Source: Adineta vaga (Eukaryota; Animalia; Rotifera). From it: a stretch of 64,000 nt of DNA. How positions within the stretch are numbered: position 1 is the first letter of the stretch; each line of letters begins with the position of its first letter. A program made the position numbers and the translations under genes. Below are positions 54,358-64,000 of this stretch, in pieces. The notes below the pieces were generated by a model. It worked only from the letters and a program-made list of their open reading frames with translations. It was not told the origin of the DNA and searched no databases. The stretch spans positions 9,982,001 through 10,046,000 of the forward strand of contig CP075493.1 of the NCBI GenBank assembly GCA_021613535.1. Direction: 5' to 3'.

Positions 54358-57300
54358 CTATACAGCAGTTGAAAAATTCGGTTGATCTTCATTTAGATCA
54401 TCACCTTCACCATATTTAACTAAATAAGTACGACGTTTATCATCATCAAATTCGCCCATAGAATCATGTAATGATGATCGACTTTGTTTCATCGATACAT
54501 CACTTGGTCTAAATGAAAAACAAATTTGCTTTTTTTGTTTTTTTCCTACTCATCAAGAAAACATACGCGGGATTGTATTCAGAATATTTGCCATCATCAT
54601 CAGTATGGTATGGATCTTTATCCATAGCTAAAAAATATTCAAAATAATCAAAATATTATGCAAATGAATACACTGGAATTCCCTATTCCCACAATGAAAA
54701 AATATGCAAACAGCGAGCGAAAACTCTTTACTTTTTCGATTAGAGATAAGATCTATAATATGTATAGAATGATATCATTGAGATGGGATATAGGTTTAAT
54801 ATTTACCTGTATATTCTCCACCTTTACGTCGCATGATACCACAAACGACAATAAAAACGATCAATAAGATAATTACAGATACAAGAAGACCAATAAACCA
54901 AGCGGCATCACTAACACGTGGACCGCGATCTTTAAAAAACAATCAATTATTAACATATTTCTATTATAGTTGTACAAAATACATACCTTTGCCAAGTGTT
55001 GTTACTTTTTGAGGATCACTTCTTGTTTCAGCTCGAATGCCATCGCCAGCAACTAAGACCGTTATGTATGTTTTACCTGGTTCGAGAGGACTAACAATAA
55101 TTGTACGATCATTTGAGGAAGCATATGTTCGTTTATATATGGCTTGACCATCTTCAAAGCAAAAAATGACTAAGAAGAATTTGATTAGCTTTTTCGTACA
55201 TACCTTTTTCATCTTCTTTGTATTGTACATAATAGAGACTACCAGGAATTGACATTCTCGTTGGATCAAATGAAACATTGAAGAAAGTTGATCCTCGATA
55301 TGATACAATAAAGGATGGTTTTGATGGTACTAAAACAAAACAATGTTATAAGGTATAACTTCGATGTGTATGATTGAATATTTACTAAGACTGATATTTG
55401 TTGTCAATTCAATCATAGCTGGACTTGTAGAGAGACCAGCAACAGTACGTGCTCGTACTTGAACACGATATTTTGTATTTGGTTTTAGACCACCGATAAG
55501 ATAATCTCGTTGCAGTGGATTTCGTAATGTCAATGGTGGTTGATCAAGACCTGGTTGAGCGACAATACTAAATACAATAAAATTTACATTGATTTCTTGA
55601 ACATGATGGCAAAAGAAAATCACCTTTCAATTGTTTTATAATCGACTTGATATCCAATAACAAAACCATTTGGTTCATCGGGTGGTTCCCAGAAGAGATA
55701 AATACCATTACCACCAAATGGTACACCACGTAGGTTAGTGACTGGACCTGGACGTCCTTCTTGTGTTACAAATTGAATCTATTAACGAATGAACAAACAA
55801 AGTGAAATCCTCTCTTTTTCTTTACTACGATCGATACATACCACCGGACTTGTTGGTCCTAAATATCGTTCAGTTTCAATACGAATTCGTGCACCAATTT
55901 CTCCATTTGATGGAGCATTAAAGATAGTTGCCCATGTTTGATTTGGTGAAATATCCGATATAACACGAAGAGAATTTTCTGGATCAGCAATTCGAAACAT
56001 TTCAATCTACATACAACCATGCACATCATGCACAAAAAAATAAAATAAAAAAATAAACAACCTGATAAGCTTTCAAAAAGCCTCGAATATTAATTTCATC
56101 AACAGCTAGAGGAGGATCCCATGCAAATTGTACTGTAGTACCATCAAGCGCTTGCATAAGATGAAAATTACGTGGAACATACGTTGGTGCTAGAAAAACA
56201 CATGCATAAAATAGTGCTAAGAAAATAAATGGATTGTTTTTTTTTCAGAAGTTTTATTAATGATTTCAAAGTGAAGAAGGGGTGCTTTTCTGACATGTTT
56301 TGTTTGATCCTGTACAACGAACAGGTCTCTGATTACGTTGCAATAGCATCATTCGAGTAGTAGTCGACTTTTTCGTTGATGTTAGAATAGACTGTGATGA
56401 TGATGATGATGATGATGATGGAGAGAGAGAAGTAATAGAAGAAACATTTTCATAATTACCCGCATCACCAGAGAAAGCAATGAAATACAATGGAGGTTCA
56501 TTGGCATCAGCACCGTTGATTTCTAAAATAAATAACGATAATAAAAATAAAAGAGATTCTGTTACAAAGCACCTCCAGGTTGTTGATTAACGGCTTTGAC
56601 ATAATATTGATATCGCATGTTAAGAGCTGGGTTAGGTATTGCAAATTGATTTCGTGGTGGATAAACTCGTTGAGTCATAAATGGTTCAGGATTTGGACCT
56701 GGTACAAAGGGACGCCATCCAATTTCATACCAAAACTTTGGTGCATTCCATTTTATTGGTGGCATACTCTACGATTAGAAATATATATAAATTTTTAAGA
56801 AAATCTTTATTTCGTTTCAGTATTTCTTCTTACATCCCATTCGATCAATAGCGGTATAAATTGTGTTGTATAAGCTCGAACACCAACAGGATTTGATCGA
56901 GGTCGACATGTTGTCGTTGAACACATGGATTCTGATATTGCACTTGGATCACTAGCACCAACCCGATTATAAGCAATAACTCGAAAAGTATAATTAGCCC
57001 AACATGACAGTGTCACACGTAAGTCATATTGATTTGATGGAAGACGTGTCGTTCGAAAAACTAAACATAAATGCATATAATTAAAACCGTGTTCTTTTGC
57101 AATATTCATCAAAAGTGTTACTCATTGTCTTTGGTTCTAATTTAATTGAACCATCTTGTGATTTGATTTCAGTATACGATTCTCGACGTTGTTCAACAGG
57201 TACAGATATCCAATCATTTTGTTGAAATGATGTATTATATTGTAGTTCATAATAAAGTACTCGAGCATTATTATCACCTAAATAATAAAAAAAGAATTTT

Positions 57301-59851
57301 ATTCATTTCGTTTTCTAATAAACGATGATATTATTATACCTGTTGCTTCCCATTGAACAATCGCAAATGGTTGTCCAAATACATTCTGTGTTGAACCACT
57401 ACAATTTACTTTTGTAATACGTGGACGATTTGGTCGATCTTGTACCACTAATGTTGCACTTGCATCATCAAAATCAAGTTCTGTACTTGCACGACATACA
57501 TATGAACCGCCATCATCAAATTGCACATCGACAATTTTCAATGTATTCTGATCAGCAACATCTTTGATAAAACGACCTAAACAAGAAAAATCAATCCCAG
57601 TCAAACAATCGAAAAACAAGTATAATAATGTAACCTGTATAAGCAAGTAAACGTCCATCTTTATACCAATCAATATCGTACGTTAATGATGTATCTGCTA
57701 CCGCTGTACAACGAAATATTGCATAATAACCACGTCGAACTTCTTGATTTCCAGGACGTGTTTGTATACGAGTTTTACGTTTGATATTTAACGTTCCACT
57801 ACGTATATCTGAACCAAATTTATTTGTTGCATTACAAATATATACGCCACTATCCGATGCCGATGCTTCACGTATCATAAGACTTCCATCTTCTAATATG
57901 GAATACCTATATAGGCAGAAACAAAACATTTTCTTTTTTTGTCACAAGAATGAACAGTGAACAGCCATGCGAAGCATACATGCTAGACAAACAAAATAAA
58001 TAAGATATGCTTTTTTTCCAAGAGACTCATGCTGTTAAATAACATCACAGAGCAACGATTCGTTTTTCTGATTATTTTTCATACCGAATTCAAAGCTAGG
58101 TAAAACGTATATACATATATATATATATTCACGCATTGATAGGTATTCAAAGAGATGAAAGAAAAAATTAGAAATAAAATACAAAATTTACCTTCCACCA
58201 GTTATAACTTGATCACGTTTACTCCAGTAAACTTTGGGCATTGGAGCACCAAATGTTTCACATGGAAGAAGAACACTTTGACCTTCAACAGCACGAAGTA
58301 ATGGATCTGGACCACGTTGGATTTCAGGTTTTTCCGCTAGAAAATAAAACGAATATTTATATTTAAAAGTGAAGAAAATTTCGAAAGTGACAATAACTTA
58401 CAAATAACATTGACGAAAAAATTTGCAAAAACATAACCATGTATATTTGTTACGTTGCATTGATAGACTGCTGTATCTAATTTAGTTACATTTTGAATAG
58501 TCATATGATTTTTGACTACACGTCGACGTGGATTTCGTCGTACACTTGGATCTTGTAAAGGTACACCATTGATAAACCATTGAATATTATTGGGTGGTGG
58601 TTTTGATTGAGCATCACAGACAAAATTTACAGTTTCACCTTCCGTAACATGAATATCTCTTGGTCTTTCTATCCAATACGGATCAGCTTCAATACGAACA
58701 TTGATACTAAATAAATCATTACCCAATTCTAAAAAAGCATCAATCAAAACTATGTTGAAATGAAAAACAAATCTCTTCGTTACCATTATGTCCACGACAT
58801 TCATATAAACCAGCATCTTCAAATTGAAGATCAGTAATAACTAATTCTTGTTTTTCCATAGTTACTGTCGAACGTCTTTCTGGTATTGTACCATTAATTT
58901 TTCGCCAAATGACTCCAGGTGTTGGTAAACCACCAAAAATACATTTCAATGAAAGTTTATAACCTCTAAGAAAAACTTTATTTGCTTCAGATGTCCATAA
59001 TTTCATTGGACGACGATTATTTGGATCGGATTTAATAATTTGAATTTGCGTTAAAGCACCACGACGAATAACATTTAATTTACGAGAAAAAACATTACAA
59101 ATAAATTGCTTTTGTTCATCTTCATCTTTGACATTCAAAAAATAAAGATTACCTAGAAGAAAACCAAACAATTTATTCTTCTTAAAAACTCAATAAACAA
59201 AATACAAACCATAATAATCTTGTTGAATACGAGGATTTGATACGAGAAAACCAAATTGATCACCTGTATTTGTATTATCCGTCCAATAAGTTTCAGGATC
59301 AGGTACACCTGTCGGTGGTTTACATGGAATTTTTAATGAATCACCACGTCGTACCTGTATCACCTGTGGTTTATCATAAATTGGAAAAGCACCAAGTTCA
59401 GCAAGACGTACACGAACTTTCCGTGTTACAGCCGTACCTAAATCAATGATTCAATTCATTCTTATAAAGCTATATTATTATATTTCTTACCCCACATATT
59501 CGTAGCATTACATTGATACCATCCCTGATCAATCGTTTGAGCTTGTGTAAATATTAATGTACCAGAATCACTTCCCATTGCTACTCGATTATTTTGTGCA
59601 CTTGGTTCATAGAAACGACCATCTCTTGTCCAAGTATAAATCGGTGCTGGATTGCCTTTTGCCAAACATGGTAATTCAATATTCACACGTGGATCAAATA
59701 TAACTTCAGGATCTGGTTCAGTTAGAATTGATGGAGGCATTGGAACTAATAAACAATCAATGATATTTTATCATAAACAAAACGTTTTGAACATACTTGA
59801 TTGTACAAAAGAAAAAAAGACAAAGACATACAAAAAATTCAGGTAAGCCAT
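54358..59851 (-). CDS. Nrg: L1CAM/neuroglian family cell-adhesion molecule (6 Ig + 5 FN3 + TM)
   Basis: Signal exon MAYLNFL..., Ig domains (LPCLAKGNPAP, CIFGGLPTP, DTAVYQCN...HGY), FN3 repeats, TM AAWFIGLL..., juxtamembrane RRKGGEY, tail YSEY...DSMGEF...STAV*. Confidence 0.92.
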
Positions 59852-61103
59852 TTTTTATTGTTAATTAATGCTTTTCTAAATGGCTAGAGAAACATCTAAA
59901 AAAATACAACAGTGTCAAATGTTATGCAGTGAGTTCAGTAGAATGAGTAGAACGGACGGTAAATGTTCTTTTTTTTCTCCTTTTCTCTGTCTTGTTCGAT
60001 GTCTTTCGTTCTTTCTGTCCTTTTATACAGTTAGACGACCGAACGTACGATTGGCTAGCGCTATCAAGGTAACAACGTAGAAGAAGAAAAAAGAAACAAA
60101 GGTATTTTTTTTGCTCATAAAATCAATGTTTTGTCAAATGTAAATCTTGGAAACGAACAGTATAAATAGAATTCTTTACAACATAATAAAATCTTTGAGG
60201 CTCAAGGAAAATATATCAAAACTATTTATCAATAGATAATAAAGTAGTTTAATGTTAATTGGGAAAATGTCAACTGAAGTTATTTATCATCGTTAAACAA
60301 CAAAAACAATCTCAGGCTAACTAAGAGAGTATCGCAGATATAAAACTCATCAGTTCATTAGCATGTTCTTATCAAAGATGAAGAAAAAGAAAAATGAATA
60401 CTTGACATATAATGATGTTATAATCTTATGACTTCGTTCGTATCTTTCACGTGTATATTATTAGTGAAGTATCAGGAAAAAAAAGAATACGAACAGCCGG
60501 AACTGTATTTGGCCTTCATAAAAGAAAAAGAAGACTAGATGAGTAACTCACTCTTACTCTCACCGGTCACAGAAATAAAATGACATAACTACCGATTGGT
60601 TAGTAACTGATCTTTAATGATATGTACAGGTGAAAAAAAATGATGTCGCTATGGTATGCAGAGGAAAGTGAGATATGGACATGCGAATGCAAAACTATCC
60701 ATATTCATTGTTTTACATCTCGACAGTCAATTCATACATGCTAACTTTACCTTTTAGTATCCAACTAATAGCTTGTTCTTTGGCTATTCAGAATATTGTT
60801 TTCTTTAGATTTGATATGTATTTGAAGGATATTACATTTATAGTAAATCAAAATGAATAAATAAAAAGCCATTTTTTCACGATTTTCAATTTTTTATCAA
60901 TGATCTATATCAATTCTAACTCAATAATACTGTTCCTAACTTTTGTGATCGATTACAGATACTCTATATCTGACCTTCATTTCTCGTCGATGGTCAACCG
61001 TAATTACATTTTATACTATGTCAGACAGATAATATTTCTAGATTTATTTACAAATTCCTTTTCGTGTTAATATATTTAATAGAAAAATAGATGCTTTGTT
61101 TCG

Positions 61104-64000
61104 TTATTGTTGAAAAAGAGATTCAAGTTCGTGATCAAATTTGAGCGTATCACTCATCTGGGCCGTTTGACGACGATCAATGTATTTATCAAGAAGTTTA
61201 TAATATGAATCCGCCGCTAATTCTTTCATTTTATATAATCTGTACAATAATTTTCCATCTATATTTATAAAAGCATGTTCTAAACTAAATAAACAAATAC
61301 AAACATGATTTTTATGAGATAAATACAATAAACATACTGAGATAATTCGGAACGTATCAACCATTGTTTAACAGCCTCAATATTCCATGTTACAACAGTA
61401 TTATTGGTAATCTCATGATAGATTTTAGTCTTTGCTTCTAATGAATTCACTTTCAAAATAGATTCAAATAAAAATATGATTATATATGAAAAATCGAAGT
61501 TACCTGTAGCACTTGTATTATTATTATTATCATTAGAAGAAAATCCCAGACTGGGTTGATGATATAGAGGTTGATTAGGTTTATCAGATGTATTACCTAG
61601 ACTACTACTTTTCACTATATTATCTCTTCGAATAGTTTCAACTTCACGAATTAATAATGCAAATGCTTCTTCAAAGCTAGAGAAGAAAAATCGTTTTCTT
61701 TTAAAATCAATTAACAATCAATCAAATACTTACGGCAATGTGGCGAAATCGACATGAATTTTTGCTCCTTTGATAATACCAAGCTAAAGAAAGATCAATT
61801 CTAATTATTAAATGTCTCTATCAAATCTTTACCCATCCATATGGACGAAATCGTGGTTGCATTAAACATGGAATACATGGTTTTCGTAATTCTGTTGCAT
61901 ATTCTGCTCGATAGACAAAACAAATACAAATATTCAATTCTATCGATTAATTTGTTAATTCATACCTGCTTCTAAAATAAAAAGAATAGTATTAGATTAT
62001 CAAATATCGAGAATTTCCAATATATTTCTCACGATCCTATATCCAACTAAGATGTCAGAAAAAAAACTAACCAAGTCGACAATAATAACTTTGTTTATAT
62101 TGTTCATTCATACAAATAAGTACCATTGATGAATTTTCTACTGCTTGAGCCATTGATTCTAGTACACCACCATTGATATTATCAACATCAAGCCATACAT
62201 TATAATGCAATGACTACTCAATCAAAGATATATATATATATATATAAAGTATAAATAATCTTTTCCTCTGTTTACTTTTAATCGATCTCGAATTTTCAAA
62301 CACATTGCTGTTACAGATCGATTGTATGAAATCATAATATGACCTTGTAATTGAGTTGAATTACTAATTGCTGATGAACATTTATGTTGAATACGATTTA
62401 ATGTCCAAAGAATTGCTTCACAATTTTTTTGTACAAGTTGACTTCGACAACGATTTTGTGCAGATCTTATTATATGAACAGCATGATCGGAATCAAGAAA
62501 TGATTGAACTCTTTGATCAAATGCTGCATTTAATATTGCATTCGATACACATTCAATTAATGGATTATCATTTGTCGAACGTTCGAGAATATTTAATAGA
62601 AGATTAACAAGATTTTGATCGATAAATGTATGCGTACGACCACGAACCATTAATTTTGATAAACCATCGACAAGTTCAACAAATGAAAATCCATAAAATC
62701 TTTGATCATCTCGATTATACATTTGAATCATTCCAGAGAGTAGCGGAAGTACTTCTGAAAATTTTCCAAATCGAATTTCAATATCAATCAACCATTTCTT
62801 TCTTACCAGATGTATTTGCAGCTAAAAGATTATCTTCATCTTCATTCATAATCAATGGTAATAATAAACATGATGTTAAACGTATGGCACTTGCTATATC
62901 CTGTAATTCTTTCAAACTAAGAATATATTCATCATTCGCACTTGTTCGGGAGAATTGTATTTTTATTGTATTCGATGGTAATCGTGTGTATTCGGCAATA
63001 ATCTATAGGAATTTAAAAAAAATCTGTATTTATTCCAAATAAACCTTGATATTTGCTGATTCTCGCATAATTTTAACCATACATAGCAAACTTGTAAAGA
63101 TATTTTTTCCATGTATGAATCATCGAACTATACTTGAGCTCAAAGATCAATTCATTTTTACAAGAAAATATCCTAAATATTATGTCTACTGCACTCTTTC
63201 TTATCTCTATTGAAAAGAAACAAAATATTATCTTGATTTTATCCAGGTCCAGGACTATGTAAATGAGTCAGATTCTTTCATTTCTATTTGAAAAAAAAGC
63301 GATTTGTATTGTATACATACATTCATAGCATTACATTCACGAAAGTGAATTTTCAATTCTGGTAAATTTGCAAGATTATAAAGTATTGTCAATGCAGAAT
63401 CACAAATGTATAAAATTTTCTAAATCAAATCATTCTGAATAATTGATAATGAAAATTTCGTAAGAAAAACAAACTTGATAATTATTAAAATCATCACTTT
63501 GCATTGTTTCTTCTGGACTTTCAATAACATAACATTTCTTTAAAGATTCACGATACGATGAATCAGCGAGTATATCACATGCGAATTCAATGAAACCAGC
63601 ATCAGCTGATTGCTAAATCATGAGAATAGAATCATGTCAAACGAATTTCTTTTCTTTTAATGATACATTACTTTTCTAATCAATCCTTCTTTATCAAATT
63701 CATGATCAGTAAAATTGCTCATCGAATTATAAAGTAATATACTATGAACGAAGACAATACGTCGTACAAGATAACCTTTTTCTTTATAAATATTCATGAG
63801 AGTCATTGCCATTTCTAGTGAAAAAGATTGATTGATTGTATATTTGAAAAGAATTTCAAACCTGGAAATTTCATTTCCGTTAATTTGAGTTTTGCACCAG
63901 AGATCCATTCTTTTGGTTGATGAATGAGATTTTCCAAAAAACGTAAGATTTTTAGAGTACTTTCATTTTCGTATTCTTCGCGTTTCATATCTCTCAAAAG
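61104..64000 (-). CDS. ARM-repeat + TIR + SAM-like protein, 5' end outside window
   Basis: Helical ARM-like region ending CEAILWTL; TIR (HIMISYN, VWLDVD, SMAQAVE, YCRLEAEYA, GWLG); C-terminal WNIEAVKQWL...IDGKLL SAM-like segment. Confidence 0.85.

Noticed and set aside
54358-64000. Functional link between neuroglian and the SARM-like TIR gene (axon degeneration module)
   Set aside because: Only adjacency with a ~1.2 kb gap; nothing else in the sequence supports it.

Overview
AT-rich, gene-dense eukaryotic (metazoan) DNA with many ~50-60 nt GT-AG introns. The composition, intron size, divergent GPCRs and a non-metazoan-type permease suggest a bdelloid rotifer (inference, not searched). Genes from left to right: 3' end of a CRIB-like-motif gene, a two-exon J-domain + C2HC zinc-finger gene, a large low-complexity nuclear protein, GPI-type acetylcholinesterase, an ACT/UGA4/BAT1-type permease (HGT candidate), a GPCR, a disordered IPV-motif/PP1-docking protein, FOG/U-shaped, anoctamin, an intermediate filament protein, a tightly packed co-directional NMD3-USP8-PSMC4-POLDIP3 cluster, GPCR pseudogenes, L1CAM/neuroglian, and a 5'-truncated ARM-TIR-SAM-like gene. 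Two non-autonomous DNA transposons are present. Strongest leads: (1) a putative four-gene SL-trans-spliced operon with 89-195 bp stop-to-start gaps and unpaired splice acceptors; (2) a 6-nt microexon that completes the predicted catalytic Glu of a TIR NADase; (3) a foreign-type amino acid/choline permease directly upstream of AChE. All gene models were built by eye, and no database searches were run.
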